Source: Candidatus Thorarchaeota archaeon (GTDB lineage: Archaea > Asgardarchaeota > Thorarchaeia > Thorarchaeales > Thorarchaeaceae). From it: 26,756 nucleotides of DNA. Positions 1 through 9,721 of the stretch are shown here, one piece after another (positions within the stretch are counted from its first letter, which is position 1; each line of letters begins with the position of its first letter). Below the pieces are notes generated by a model, which was not told where the DNA came from, did no database searches, and was given only the letters and a program-made list of their open reading frames with translations. The position numbers and the translations under genes were made by a program. The stretch is from positions 1 to 26,756 of the forward strand of contig JBHLRZ010000040.1 in the NCBI GenBank assembly GCA_048882045.1, in the 5' to 3' direction.

Positions 1-1
1 T

Positions 2-478
2 CATCGAGAACACATAGGAGAACATGATGGGATGCATATGCACCACAGATTTGAAACTCATGAGCGTTTCCGAAATGTTTCTCTGGATGCTGATATGAAT
101 TGGACCACAGACGGAGGCAATGAAACACGATTTGAGCGAATGGATGGCACTCATTGCCAGAACATGGATTTCGTGGACAGTGAGTCTACAATCTCTCGAG
201 GATTCTTCAGTTGGCTAGATACAGCTGTTATCACGTGGCCTGGCGGAGAAACCGAAGCAGTTAATGTGACTGCATCCTATCTGCCTCGAGGCGATGGGGT
301 AGCAGTATATCTCGCATATCCCTACTTCGACAACGGTAGCATTCTGCATGACCCATCAATCGGACTGTACGAAGAAGGTGTTCCCTTGGTCAGTACACCG
401 GTAAATCTCACACTTATAGCTGGAATTGGAGGAGTAGCTATTATCGCACTACTCATCGTAATGGTCCGGAAGAAATAG
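2..478 (+). CDS. C-terminal part of a membrane-anchored cell-surface protein (5' end outside window)
   Basis: Frame is open from position 2 (HREHIGEHDGMHMHH...). It ends in 'ILHDPSIG', then a hydrophobic helix and a basic tail (IAGIGGVAIIALLIVMVRKK), typical of C-terminal anchors. Confidence 0.8.
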   Translation, partial: HREHIGEHDGMHMHHRFETHERFRNVSLDADMNWTTDGGNETRFERMDGTHCQNMDFVDSESTISRGFFSWLDTAVITWPGGETEAVNVTASYLPRGDGVAVYLAYPYFDNGSILHDPSIGLYEEGVPLVSTPVNLTLIAGIGGVAIIALLIVMVRKK

Positions 479-507
479 TCTCTCTCTAGACATAAGGTCG
501 TAAACCA

Positions 508-542
508 GGGTAGTGGACCACTCCACTACCCACCATTTTCTT
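508..542 (+). terminator. Hairpin plus T-rich tract downstream of the surface-protein gene
   Basis: Perfect 10-bp stem GGGTAGTGGA(508-517)-CCAC-TCCACTACCC(522-531), followed by ACCATTTTCTT. Confidence 0.6.
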
Positions 543-605
543 GCCACACGAGAAGTCTTATGAATACGTAGCAAAGTGAACTCATACTTAATGGAGGTGT
601 GTAAA

Positions 606-1592
606 GTGCAACAGAAGTTCTGGTTAATGGCAATTCTGATTGTCACATCTCTATTGGTCGTTCCAGCACAGGGAGATTTTGCGCTTGCACAGTCTGAAGG
701 ACTTGTTATTGATCCCATTGACATCAAGGCAACTATGAACTCTGATGGAACAACATCTATCGATATTCACGCACGAGCAGTCAATCTAGGTTCAACTCAA
801 ATAACATCAATCGTTTTCCGCATTGATTCACTACAGGTGACCGTACTCCAGACTGCTGTAGATGAAGCCGTTTCTAGCTTTGAAACAGTTCGATTGGATA
901 GGTATACTGAGATCAACATCTCACTGCCTGTGCCACTTGATGTGAATAATTCGGTATGGTTTGACATTTCACTAGAATCAACAGATCTCCAGTCTGAAGG
1001 GTCTGGATCAGACATCACGAGACTCCAAAGAGTCTTCGTCTTTTACATAAATCCCTCAATTGAATTCGCCAACTTCACATTCACTGCATTTCTACCCCAG
1101 GATGCAGTGCTCTCCCGAGAGTCAGTGGTCCCACTCTTCCCGGAAGCGGACTCCAACTTCACTGATGGTGACACCCTAGCTTTTGTCTGGTTTACTCAGT
1201 CACTCCAACCTGGTCAAATCAGTGTCTTTACTATAAAATATCAGATTCCAAATGATGATCCGGTTTCGACTCAGTCTGACCTCATTTCCTTCTCTATTAT
1301 AGCATTACTTGGGATTGTAGCAGGAATCGTTCTCACTCTGGGAGGACCGAAGTTCTATCAACGAATTCGAAGGATTGGCGCAGTCAGATTTGTGGGAGTA
1401 ACTGCTGAAGAAGAAGAAGTCTTGGAGGTAATACGACAAAAGGGAGGATCTTGTCCTCAGAAGGACCTCTACACCGAGTTTGATATGTCTCAAGCAAAAG
1501 TTAGTATCATTCTCAACAACCTCGAAGAACGTGGTCTGGTCAGAAGATTCCGCGAGGGAAGAGAGAACGTAGTTCACATAATGGAGAAGTGA
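606..1592 (+). CDS. Membrane-tethered transcriptional regulator: signal peptide, extracellular beta domain, TM helix, C-terminal winged HTH (COG2512-like)
   Basis: SD GGAGGTG (593-599) favours GTG606 as start. N-terminal hydrophobic signal, TM segment FSIIALLGIVAGIVLTLGG, and wHTH 'EEEVLEVIRQKGGSCPQKDLYTEFDMSQAKVSIILNNLEERGLVRRFREGREN'. Confidence 0.85.
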   Translation: MQQKFWLMAILIVTSLLVVPAQGDFALAQSEGLVIDPIDIKATMNSDGTTSIDIHARAVNLGSTQITSIVFRIDSLQVTVLQTAVDEAVSSFETVRLDRYTEINISLPVPLDVNNSVWFDISLESTDLQSEGSGSDITRLQRVFVFYINPSIEFANFTFTAFLPQDAVLSRESVVPLFPEADSNFTDGDTLAFVWFTQSLQPGQISVFTIKYQIPNDDPVSTQSDLISFSIIALLGIVAGIVLTLGGPKFYQRIRRIGAVRFVGVTAEEEEVLEVIRQKGGSCPQKDLYTEFDMSQAKVSIILNNLEERGLVRRFREGRENVVHIMEK

Positions 1593-1594
1593 AT

Positions 1595-1610
1595 CGAAAG
1601 GCTTTATATC
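1595..1610 (+). promoter_or_regulatory. BRE/TATA promoter of the mutase operon
   Basis: CGAAAGGC-TTTATATC, about 50 nt upstream of the first gene, with an SD-like TGAGGTG before the start. Confidence 0.55.
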
Positions 1611-1656
1611 ACACTCAGAGTCTTCAGCAATCGAATCATCAACCTGAGGTGTGTTC

Positions 1657-2058
1657 TTGAGTTCTTCCAAGAAGATTCGTGTATTAGTAGCAAAACCGGG
1701 GTTGGACGGCCATGACAGGGGTGCTAAGATAGTAGCCCGTGCACTTAGAGACGCAGGTATGGAGGTCATCTATACTGGCCTCAGACAGACCCCTGAGATG
1801 GTTGTGAATGCTGCACTTGATGAAGGTGTCCATTGTATCGGTCTCAGTATCCTGAGTGGGGCACATAACGCTTTGTTTCCTAAGATAATGGAACTCCTGA
1901 AGGCAGAAGGTGCAGAGGACATACTTGTCGTCGGAGGAGGAATCATTCCTGAGGACGACATACCAAACCTGAAGAAAGCTGGAATCTCCGCGATTTTTGG
2001 TCCTGGTACCCCCCTGGATGAGATTGTTGAGTTCATCAAATCCAATGTGATACTCTGA
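1657..2058 (+). CDS. Methylmalonyl-CoA mutase small (cobalamin-binding) subunit
   Basis: DxHxxG motif '[12 protein letters not shown]', 'GLSILSGAH' and 'GGGIIP'. TTG1657 is preferred on SD spacing; GTG1651 is the alternative. Confidence 0.95.
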   Translation: MSSSKKIRVLVAKPGLDGHDRGAKIVARALRDAGMEVIYTGLRQTPEMVVNAALDEGVHCIGLSILSGAHNALFPKIMELLKAEGAEDILVVGGGIIPEDDIPNLKKAGISAIFGPGTPLDEIVEFIKSNVIL

Positions 2059-2082
2059 TTCTGACATTGAGAGGGACAAGTC

Positions 2083-3042
2083 TTGCCAGTGACCGAACTT
2101 GTCAATGGAGTTCTGAAAGGTAGACGTAGAGACCTCGCTCGCTTGATTACGCTTATTGAGAACGAGGACAGTGAGGTTGTAGATGCTCTCAGTCAGTTGT
2201 ACCGTCACACTGGGAACGCACATATTATCGGTGTGACAGGACCTCCTGGATCTGGCAAAAGCTCACTTGTCACAAAACTAACAGCAGAATTACGCAGTCG
2301 GAAGAAGACAATTGGTGTTGTCTGTGTAGATCCATCAAGTCCCTTTACTGGTGGGGCTCTTCTGGGCGATCGGATTCGGATGCAAGAACACAGTCTTGAC
2401 AAGGACGTCTATGTAAGGAGTATGGGTACTCGAGGTCATCTTGGAGGTCTCGCTAGAGCAACTTCAGATGCTGTAAAGGCCATTGATGCTTTTGGAAAGG
2501 ACATAATCTTTGTTGAAACTGTTGGAACCGGTCAATCTGAAGTCGAGGTCATTGATATCGCTCATACAGTGTTGGTAGTAGATGTACCGGGAAGTGGTGA
2601 TGACATTCAGGCAATTAAGGCTGGGATAATGGAAATCGCGGACATATTCGTGGTAAACAAGATGGACCAGTCTGGTGTTGACAAGAAGGTCAGCGAAATC
2701 AACGCCATGTTGGATATCGATCCCCGGAAACATGAATGGAGACCTCCGGTCATGATGACCAACTCTCGAACTGGCGAAGGTGTCGATGAACTCGTCGACA
2801 AGATAGCTGAACATCTCAGGTTCCTGAAAAAGAGTGGCCAGTATGAACAGAAGGGTCTCAAACGCAGCAGAGAGGAACTGCAAGAACTCATGAGATACAA
2901 GCTCACTCGCGAGCTTTATCAGAAGTTGGAAGGTCGCCCTGAATATGAAGCGGCTATCAGGAAAATCGCAGAGCGAAAGGAAGATCCCTATACAATGGCT
3001 GAGCGATTGCTGGCTGAGTTTTTGTTCAAAGAGAGTAGGTGA
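2083..3042 (+). CDS. meaB: Methylmalonyl-CoA mutase-associated GTPase MeaB (ArgK/MMAA family)
   Basis: [49 protein letters not shown] and NKMD motifs. Confidence 0.95.
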   Translation: MPVTELVNGVLKGRRRDLARLITLIENEDSEVVDALSQLYRHTGNAHIIGVTGPPGSGKSSLVTKLTAELRSRKKTIGVVCVDPSSPFTGGALLGDRIRMQEHSLDKDVYVRSMGTRGHLGGLARATSDAVKAIDAFGKDIIFVETVGTGQSEVEVIDIAHTVLVVDVPGSGDDIQAIKAGIMEIADIFVVNKMDQSGVDKKVSEINAMLDIDPRKHEWRPPVMMTNSRTGEGVDELVDKIAEHLRFLKKSGQYEQKGLKRSREELQELMRYKLTRELYQKLEGRPEYEAAIRKIAERKEDPYTMAERLLAEFLFKESR

Positions 3043-4718
3043 TGAAAATGGGGGATAACGAGAAGCTACGAGAATCACTGAAGAGATGGGAAGAGGAGAC
3101 TGTAGCAAATACTATCGATCGGTTTCCAGAACGAAGGGAAAGCTTCGAAACGATATCTGGACTCCTGACCAAGCGGCTCTATACTCCTGTGGACACTCAG
3201 GAACTGGATTATGAGAAAGATCTTGGATTTCCGGGTCAGTACCCTTTCACCAGAGGTGTACAACCAACTGGCTATAGAGGTCGTTTCTGGACAATGCGCC
3301 AGTATAGCGGTTTCGCCACAGCACGTGTAACTAACGAGCGTTTTCACTTCTTACTCGAACAGGGTCAGACTGGTCTCTCGGTAGCTTTCGATCTCCCAAC
3401 CCAGATTGGATATGACTCTGATGATCCACTCGCTCGGGGAGAAGTCGGAAAGGTCGGAGTGGCCATATCCTCACTTGCTGATGCTGAGATCCTTTTTGAC
3501 AAAATCCCCCTTGATAAGGTCAGTACTTCAATGACAATAAACTCCTCTGCCGCTATCCTTCTTGCAATGTACATTGTTGTAGCTGAGAAACAGGGTGTTT
3601 CTATGGACAAGCTGAGGGGCACGATTCAGAACGATCTGCTAAAGGAATACGTGGCACGCGGAACATACATTTTCCCTCCAAAGCCATCGATGAGGATTAT
3701 CACTGACATCTTCAAGTTCTGCAGCGAAAACATGCCGCTGTGGAATACGATATCCATCTCGGGCTATCACATCCGTGAAGCTGGCTCGACCGCAGTCCAG
3801 GAGGTTGCCTTCACACTCGCTAATGGTATTGCTTATGTTCAGGCTGCCATTGATGCTGGTCTAGATGTTGATGCATTTGCCTCGAGACTGTCCTTCTTTT
3901 TTGGGTCGCACAGTGACTTTCTCGAAGAAATCAGCAAGTTCCGAGCTGCACGTAGGCTCTGGGCAAGAATCATGCGCGAGCGGTTCAAAACAAAAGAAGA
4001 CAGTTCTTGCAAGATGCGGTTTCACACACAGACAGCTGGATGCACACTTACTGCTCAGCAACCTGAAAATAATGTCGTACGAGTCACTCTACAAGCACTT
4101 CAGGCTGTACTTGGTGGGACTCAGTCATTGCACACGAATTCCAGAGATGAGGCTCTTTCACTACCAACTGAAGAATCGGTCCAGATTGCTTTACGGACCC
4201 AACAGATAATCGCTCATGAATCAGGAGTCGGTGACACAGTGGATCCACTGGCGGGATCATACTACATCGAGAGCCTTACCAACACCATTGAGAATGAAGC
4301 GATGGATTATATCACGAAGATAGATGACATGGGTGGAGCTCCGATGGCAATTGAACAGGGTTATGTCCAGAGGGAGATCCACGATGCCGCCTATCAGTTC
4401 CAGAAGAGTGTGGATGAAGGAGGGTGGGTTGTTGTGGGAGTGAATAAGTTCACCGTGGAAGAAGAGTCTCAGTTCGACTATCTGAGAGTAAACCCCGAAG
4501 CTGAGCGAGAGCAGATTAAACAGCTTGAAAGTGTCAGGAAGAAACGCGACAACAAAAAGGTCAAGGAATCATTGGACTCACTTCGACAAGCCGCCGAGAG
4601 TGACACAAATTTAATGCCACCAATCATTGAGGCAGTAAGAGTATATGCCACTCTAGGCGAAGTCTGTGGTGTACTGAGGGAGGTCTTCGGAGAATACAAA
4701 GCTCCCGACATTCTATAG
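3039..4718 (+). CDS. Methylmalonyl-CoA mutase large (substrate-binding TIM barrel) subunit
   Basis: [49 protein letters not shown] and GGTQSLHTN motifs. The true start is probably ATG3048, after SD AGGTGA. Confidence 0.95.
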   Translation: MMKMGDNEKLRESLKRWEEETVANTIDRFPERRESFETISGLLTKRLYTPVDTQELDYEKDLGFPGQYPFTRGVQPTGYRGRFWTMRQYSGFATARVTNERFHFLLEQGQTGLSVAFDLPTQIGYDSDDPLARGEVGKVGVAISSLADAEILFDKIPLDKVSTSMTINSSAAILLAMYIVVAEKQGVSMDKLRGTIQNDLLKEYVARGTYIFPPKPSMRIITDIFKFCSENMPLWNTISISGYHIREAGSTAVQEVAFTLANGIAYVQAAIDAGLDVDAFASRLSFFFGSHSDFLEEISKFRAARRLWARIMRERFKTKEDSSCKMRFHTQTAGCTLTAQQPENNVVRVTLQALQAVLGGTQSLHTNSRDEALSLPTEESVQIALRTQQIIAHESGVGDTVDPLAGSYYIESLTNTIENEAMDYITKIDDMGGAPMAIEQGYVQREIHDAAYQFQKSVDEGGWVVVGVNKFTVEEESQFDYLRVNPEAEREQIKQLESVRKKRDNKKVKESLDSLRQAAESDTNLMPPIIEAVRVYATLGEVCGVLREVFGEYKAPDIL

Positions 4719-4731
4719 GAGAGATATCATC

Positions 4732-5139
4732 ATGGCTATTGAGAAGATTGATCACATAGGTATTGCAGTTGACAGTATCGACAATTGGATTGCATACTAT
4801 AGAGATGTGCTTGGCCTAGAGTTCAAGGGCATTGAAGAGGTTGCTGAACAGAAAGTACGTATCGCATTCTTCAAGATTGGTGAGAGCAAGATAGAGCTAC
4901 TCGAACCAACCTCGGATCATAGTCCCATAGCCAAGTTCCTTGAGAATCGGGGTGGAGGTATTCATCACATCGCTGTACTTGTGGATGACATCGAAGCCGC
5001 TCTTGAGAAACATCATGATGCCGGAGCTAGATTGATTGACATTGAACCAAGGATTGGCGCACACAATATGCGCATTGCATTCATTCATCCAAAAGCCTCT
5101 GGCGGTGTCCTCATGGAATTGTGCCAGGAACCTGATTGA
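4732..5139 (+). CDS. mce: Methylmalonyl-CoA epimerase (VOC fold)
   Basis: IDHIGIAV, IELLEP, GGIHHIA and FIHPKASGGVLMEL motifs; SD AGGAG; directly follows the mutase gene. Confidence 0.93.
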   Translation: MAIEKIDHIGIAVDSIDNWIAYYRDVLGLEFKGIEEVAEQKVRIAFFKIGESKIELLEPTSDHSPIAKFLENRGGGIHHIAVLVDDIEAALEKHHDAGARLIDIEPRIGAHNMRIAFIHPKASGGVLMELCQEPD

Positions 5140-5160
5140 TTCGACTTCAATTTGAAACGT

Positions 5161-5174
5161 GAAAACCTTATCAG
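5161..5174 (+). promoter_or_regulatory. Putative BRE/TATA promoter of the TPR gene
   Basis: GAAAACCTTATCAG resembles motifs upstream of other genes here (1596 gaaaggctttata; minus 16300 ataaccttattga; minus 19232 aaacctatttag). Confidence 0.4.
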
Positions 5175-5215
5175 AGTATTTTCTCTAATAGTTTGCACTA
5201 AGAGGTGAGTGCAAA

Positions 5216-5491
5216 GTGTCGAAGAAAAGCCCAGCGACACGCTATGAGTATTATCGGGCTGCCAAGGAGCATGAAGAACACAACCAGTTTGAGGAAGCTC
5301 TAGCGGCATATGATAAGGCAATAGAACTGAGCGAAACATATGCTCATGCATGGTTCAACAAGAGTAGGCTGCTTTACAGAATGGAAAAGTATGGTGAATG
5401 CATCGGTTGTGCAGAGAAAGCTCGTCAATTAGAACCAATTTGGAGTGACCACATTACCCGAATGATTGAGGATGCAAAGAGTAGAATGTAA
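5216..5491 (+). CDS. Small tetratricopeptide-repeat protein (2 TPRs)
   Basis: 'FEEALAAYDKAIELSETYAHAWFNKSRLLYRMEKYGECIGCAEKARQLEP' fits the TPR consensus; SD GAGGTGA at 5202-5208. Confidence 0.85.
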   Translation: MSKKSPATRYEYYRAAKEHEEHNQFEEALAAYDKAIELSETYAHAWFNKSRLLYRMEKYGECIGCAEKARQLEPIWSDHITRMIEDAKSRM

Positions 5492-5492
5492 G

Positions 5493-6530
5493 CTACTTCA
5501 GTAATTGCTCCAAGGCTGAAGCGATTCTATCAACATCCTCTCGGTCAATCATTCGATTCATGACTATTCTAGTTCTGACTCCATATCCCCCGTAGACCTT
5601 GATGTTCTTCTTTGCCAATTCTTCAGACAGTTTCATCTGGCTGATGGAGAGATCTTGTAGCTCAAGGAACAGGATATTTGTGTCTGGTTTGTTGACAATG
5701 AGATTAGGTATGTCCTTAATCTTTTCAAAGAGCAATAGTGCATTCTCATGGTCGTCTTTTAGGCGATTCACCATCTTCTCAATTGCTACAATCCCCGGTG
5801 CAGCAATGATTCCAGCCTGTCTCATCCCACCACCGAGCTTCTTTCGAATTCTGTGTGCCTCATGAATGAACTCTTCAGTCCCTGCGATTATCGATCCCAC
5901 AGGAGCTGAGAGACCCTTACTGAGGCAGATCTGAACGGAGTCCACCTCCTCGACCAGTTTCTTGGCTGGAACATCCAATGCAACTGCCGCGTTGAACAAA
6001 CGCGCTCCATCACAATGAACCTTCATTCCAAGTTCATGAGCAGTTGAAGCAAGGGCGTTGACCTGTTCTGGACGGATCACAACTCCTCCTGCGTAGTTGT
6101 GAGTATTTTCAATGACGACCATTGCAGTTGTGGCATAATGGGCATCATCGGGACTAAAGACCGACCTGAGTGTTTCAGGGAGGATGTAGCCACGTTCACC
6201 CTTGACAGGTTTGGGATAGAGTCCTCCCATCGATGCCATTGATCCACCCTCGAAGAGAAACGAATGAGACTTCTCCTCAACAACTATCTCGTCGCCTCTC
6301 TTTGCCTGGGCAAGCATTGAGATGAGATTCCCTTGGGTTCCAGATGTGACTAGGAGTGACGCTTCCTTACCGAGTTTTTTTGCTGCCTTCTTCTGAAGCT
6401 CATTGACTACCTCGTCTTCGCCAATGACATCGTCTCCGAATCTTCCTTGCTTGTGGGCATTGACAATCGCTTCAATCATTTCATCAGTTGGTTGTGTGAT
6501 CGTATCACTACGTAGGTCGAGGGTCTTCAT
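5493..6530 (-). CDS. ltaE: Low-specificity L-threonine aldolase (PLP-dependent)
   Basis: DLRSDT, SGTQGN, ENTHN, DGARLFNA, CLSKGLSAPVGS (PLP lysine) and GGGMRQAG motifs. Start placed at ATG6530 (MKTLDLRSDT). Confidence 0.93.
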   Translation of the reverse strand: MKTLDLRSDTITQPTDEMIEAIVNAHKQGRFGDDVIGEDEVVNELQKKAAKKLGKEASLLVTSGTQGNLISMLAQAKRGDEIVVEEKSHSFLFEGGSMASMGGLYPKPVKGERGYILPETLRSVFSPDDAHYATTAMVVIENTHNYAGGVVIRPEQVNALASTAHELGMKVHCDGARLFNAAVALDVPAKKLVEEVDSVQICLSKGLSAPVGSIIAGTEEFIHEAHRIRKKLGGGMRQAGIIAAPGIVAIEKMVNRLKDDHENALLLFEKIKDIPNLIVNKPDTNILFLELQDLSISQMKLSEELAKKNIKVYGGYGVRTRIVMNRMIDREDVDRIASALEQLLK

Positions 6531-6632
6531 AGTTACAGATGCCGCAGTCCTTCGATTTAGCCTTAGTGATTGTGCTCTATTGACAATGCATAAAGGGCAG
6601 ATATTTTTCATCGACTCGCGAAATGGTGCATT

Positions 6633-7943
6633 TTGGAGGCAATCACTTTGATCGAGGAGGAGAAACTCAGCTATATCAACAAGCTTCGACTCTTCGGCAG
6701 AGACGCTAGACTCTACATCAGCACTGCATTCATGGGTGCATTTGCTTGGGGCATTAGTGGAGTGATTTTTAATCTCTATCTCCGAGATGCAGGGTTTCCA
6801 GAGGACTTCATTGGATTTTTCCTTTCAGTTTCGATGTTTGCTACAGCTGGAATCGCCTTTATTGCTGGATTGATATCGGACAGGTCCAGTAGAAGACAAA
6901 TAATTCTCATTTCGAACATCATTGGATTTGTTGTACTTGTTGTACAATTCACCACCCTCAATCCACTTGGTCTTCTGATATCTCAGGTTTTTCTGGGACT
7001 ATCGAGTGCTTTTAGAGAAGTTGCTTGGTTCCCGTATGTGACGGATATCTCAACGAATCGTGAACGGGCTCATCTGTTTGCTGTCGGAGGTGGAGTGTCC
7101 CTTCTTGGAGTGTTTGCTGGGAACATCCTTGGTGGGATCATGCCACAGTTCTTTGCTGATTGGCTTAGCATGGAATCTACTGATCCACTCGTCGTTCCTT
7201 ATCGCTATACGCTATGGATTAGTCTTGTTCCAACTGCAATTGCTATCTTGCTCATCGCCAAAATGACAACAGATACTCCTTCTCCCACATCAGATCGATT
7301 GGCACTTAGAAATGTAAAGAACTGGGGATTCATTGGAAAGTATACGTCGTCTGTAGCTACTGTTGGACTTGGAGCTGGGATGATCGTGATGTTCTTCAAC
7401 CTCTTCTTCACACATGAATTCCCAATAGATTCTGGTTTGCTAGGCCTGATATTTGGTGTAAACACGATCATTCTTTCAGCTGGCAACTTCTTAGCACCTG
7501 CACTGTCTGATCGAATTGGTAAGGTTCGGACTGTTGTGTTGACAGAGGCGCTCAGTATTCCATTCCTCGTAACTCTCTCATTTGCTGACACACTCGAGCT
7601 TGCAGTTTTGGGTTATGTAGCGCGTAATGTACTGATGAACATGGCTGGTCCAGTATCCAATGCTTTCTTCATGGAAGGCCTGACAAAGGACGAACGGGCT
7701 ACCGCTGTTGGAGTTGTACGGTCTGCAGACTCATTGGTCAGAGCCATTGCTGCCAACATAGGTGGTTGGCTATTGGCACTCGGACTCTATCGACTTCCAT
7801 ATCTCCTTGTGTCGGGACTCTACATCTTCGGAATCGGGTTCTTCTATGGTTTCTTTAGGAACAAGGAACGTGATCTGAACCTACTTCAAGACATTGAACT
7901 GACTATAGAGAAAGCACCAGAGGGTTCCATGGATGTGACATGA
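6633..7943 (+). CDS. MFS transporter (about 12 TM)
   Basis: Motif A in both halves (AGLISDRSSRR; APALSDRIGKVR), plus ERAHLFA and ERATAVG. Confidence 0.9.
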   Translation: MEAITLIEEEKLSYINKLRLFGRDARLYISTAFMGAFAWGISGVIFNLYLRDAGFPEDFIGFFLSVSMFATAGIAFIAGLISDRSSRRQIILISNIIGFVVLVVQFTTLNPLGLLISQVFLGLSSAFREVAWFPYVTDISTNRERAHLFAVGGGVSLLGVFAGNILGGIMPQFFADWLSMESTDPLVVPYRYTLWISLVPTAIAILLIAKMTTDTPSPTSDRLALRNVKNWGFIGKYTSSVATVGLGAGMIVMFFNLFFTHEFPIDSGLLGLIFGVNTIILSAGNFLAPALSDRIGKVRTVVLTEALSIPFLVTLSFADTLELAVLGYVARNVLMNMAGPVSNAFFMEGLTKDERATAVGVVRSADSLVRAIAANIGGWLLALGLYRLPYLLVSGLYIFGIGFFYGFFRNKERDLNLLQDIELTIEKAPEGSMDVT

Positions 7944-7946
7944 CCT

Positions 7947-8417
7947 CTAACGACGTCGTATAAATGCAAACACTACTGCCACTACTCCAATGGCAACAAT
8001 CGCGACAGCTATAATCATTTCCGTTGGTAATCCACTATCAGGTGGGGTAGTAGGTGCTGTTGGATCAATCAGTGAGATATCTCCGATTCCTGTACCTGAA
8101 ATACTACAATCTGCTCTGACACTCAACACATCTCCGTGTACAGCAGGTATAACATACGTTGCTGAGAATCCTGAGGTTGTGTTTTGGGTTGAGTATGTCT
8201 TTGTCAAAACCTCCACAGAGTTTTTCTCTATTCGAATCTGTGCTACGTGATGAGTGTTTACATCAGTTACAGCATGGACGATATCAACAGACAAGGTTTG
8301 CGTACCAAAGTCATAGTCAAGCGTCATCGGTCCTGGTGGGTGCGCACTAACAGGTGCTGCTTGAATGAACACCATAGCGAATAATATACCAAGCATTGTT
8401 AGACTCTTTCTGTTCAT
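7947..8417 (-). CDS. Secreted, C-terminally anchored protein with a superoxide-reductase/desulfoferrodoxin-like His/Cys pattern
   Basis: SD CAGGTG before ATG8417; signal peptide ending VSA|HPP; H..H..C pattern; Pro/Thr linker; TM helix; RRR tail. Confidence 0.75.
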   Translation of the reverse strand: MNRKSLTMLGILFAMVFIQAAPVSAHPPGPMTLDYDFGTQTLSVDIVHAVTDVNTHHVAQIRIEKNSVEVLTKTYSTQNTTSGFSATYVIPAVHGDVLSVRADCSISGTGIGDISLIDPTAPTTPPDSGLPTEMIIAVAIVAIGVVAVVFAFIRRR

Positions 8418-8638
8418 ATTCAACACCTGACCTCTCAACGTATCTCTAAGAGAGATAATAGTGTTTCCCAATTTTGATTCAATCTCAACGTCTAACAAAA
8501 GCGACTGCCAAGACTATAACAAGTTCTCTAACAGCTCCAGCAGCAATTATCAATGTTAAATTCATGTATCCGTGCGGATGAGGACTTGTTGTTCGATAAC
8601 CGTTTGTTTCATATGTTGCTCTGTCTTCATTGAGTTTG

Positions 8639-9655
8639 ATGATACGAGAGATTTTCCTTATTGACCGCAGTGTCTTACAGTTTCATTACAGTAGCGAAGA
8701 ATCACCTAGTGATGATGATATGGCAGTCCTCTCCTCTGGATTCTTGTCTGCAATTCAAGACTTTAGCACTCACACTCGTTCAGATGCATTGGATTCTTTC
8801 TCTACTGAGAATGAGTATTTCTTGTATCTCCGTTTTCCTGACTCAGAAAGAGTACTTGTTGGAGTCTTTGACAGAAAAGCACCTGAAGTATTTGCTCGTG
8901 AAGCCATGGAGAAGATTCAATCGATTCTTCTCCAAGTTGAAATGCCTGAAATTGAAGGTATGCAACTGGATTCAGAAAAGAAAGAAGAAATTTGTCAACA
9001 TATCTCACGAATCAATACTCAACTCTTCAGTGATGAACAATTATCAACTATCGTCATTGATCTTCTAAAGAGTAGAAATGATATTCCATTAGCATTTATT
9101 GTAGATTCTAGTAACAATAAACTGATCACAAGTTTCTCAAGACCCAAACCCCTGTTCAAAGATTCACAGGTACGTGAGTTTCTTCTTGTTCATTCTACTC
9201 TCATGAAGACATTGGAGAATCTAGGTCTGAATTCTCAATATTCATACTTTGTCATAGAGGCTGACGATTATGCTGTAGTTGCTTGCAATGGAGGTCGGCT
9301 ACTCAGTGTTGCCAGTGGTGCAATGAAGATACCCATCGAGAATGTATATGAGGCTGCAACAAGTATCTGCTATGCTGATGTTTTCGACCCTGAGATGGAA
9401 CCAATTCAGGCTGGAACTGTAATTTCTGAAACGACATTTCAAGACGGTAAAATGATCAGCAGTACTGGTATTGGTTTTTCAGGTCCGGCTCAGATTTTTG
9501 TATCAAGTTTGGTGAAGAACGTAGATTCACTATTCAGATCCTTGACCAGACGTCCGTTCAAGGTGTTCACAATCCGCATTATCGGAACTCCCTCGTTTGG
9601 ATTACTACTAAGTCAGACTGTAGATGGACTTAAACTGCAAATCACTCAATTCTAG
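8639..9655 (+). CDS. Longin-domain protein with additional roadblock/longin-like domains
   Basis: N-terminal 'MIREIFLIDRSVLQFHY...VLSSGFLSAIQDFS' matches the Asgard-type longin pattern, followed by two more beta-beta-alpha-beta-beta-beta units. TTG8630 is an alternative start. Confidence 0.7.
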   Translation: MIREIFLIDRSVLQFHYSSEESPSDDDMAVLSSGFLSAIQDFSTHTRSDALDSFSTENEYFLYLRFPDSERVLVGVFDRKAPEVFAREAMEKIQSILLQVEMPEIEGMQLDSEKKEEICQHISRINTQLFSDEQLSTIVIDLLKSRNDIPLAFIVDSSNNKLITSFSRPKPLFKDSQVREFLLVHSTLMKTLENLGLNSQYSYFVIEADDYAVVACNGGRLLSVASGAMKIPIENVYEAATSICYADVFDPEMEPIQAGTVISETTFQDGKMISSTGIGFSGPAQIFVSSLVKNVDSLFRSLTRRPFKVFTIRIIGTPSFGLLLSQTVDGLKLQITQF

Positions 9656-9721
9656 TAAGGGGAAAGTCATTTTAGAGCAAGTGTTGATGAACTAAAAACT
9701 AGAATCAGGATTGCATTACTC

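Noticed and set aside
3039-4718. Isobutyryl-CoA or 2-hydroxyisobutyryl-CoA mutase
   Set aside because: The specificity position is Tyr (RQYSGF), not Phe or Ile, and an epimerase gene is adjacent.
5192-5215. Resemblance to bacterial CIRCE (TTAGCACTC-N9-GAGTGCTAA)
   Set aside because: The spacer is 6 rather than 9 nt, the arms have mismatches, and the context is archaeal with no chaperone gene.
8578-8664. Cys-rich 28-codon upstream ORF (MRTCCSITVCFICCSVF...) overlapping the longin gene start
   Set aside because: No SD; it is explained by local TG-richness; nothing links the downstream gene to cysteine attenuation.
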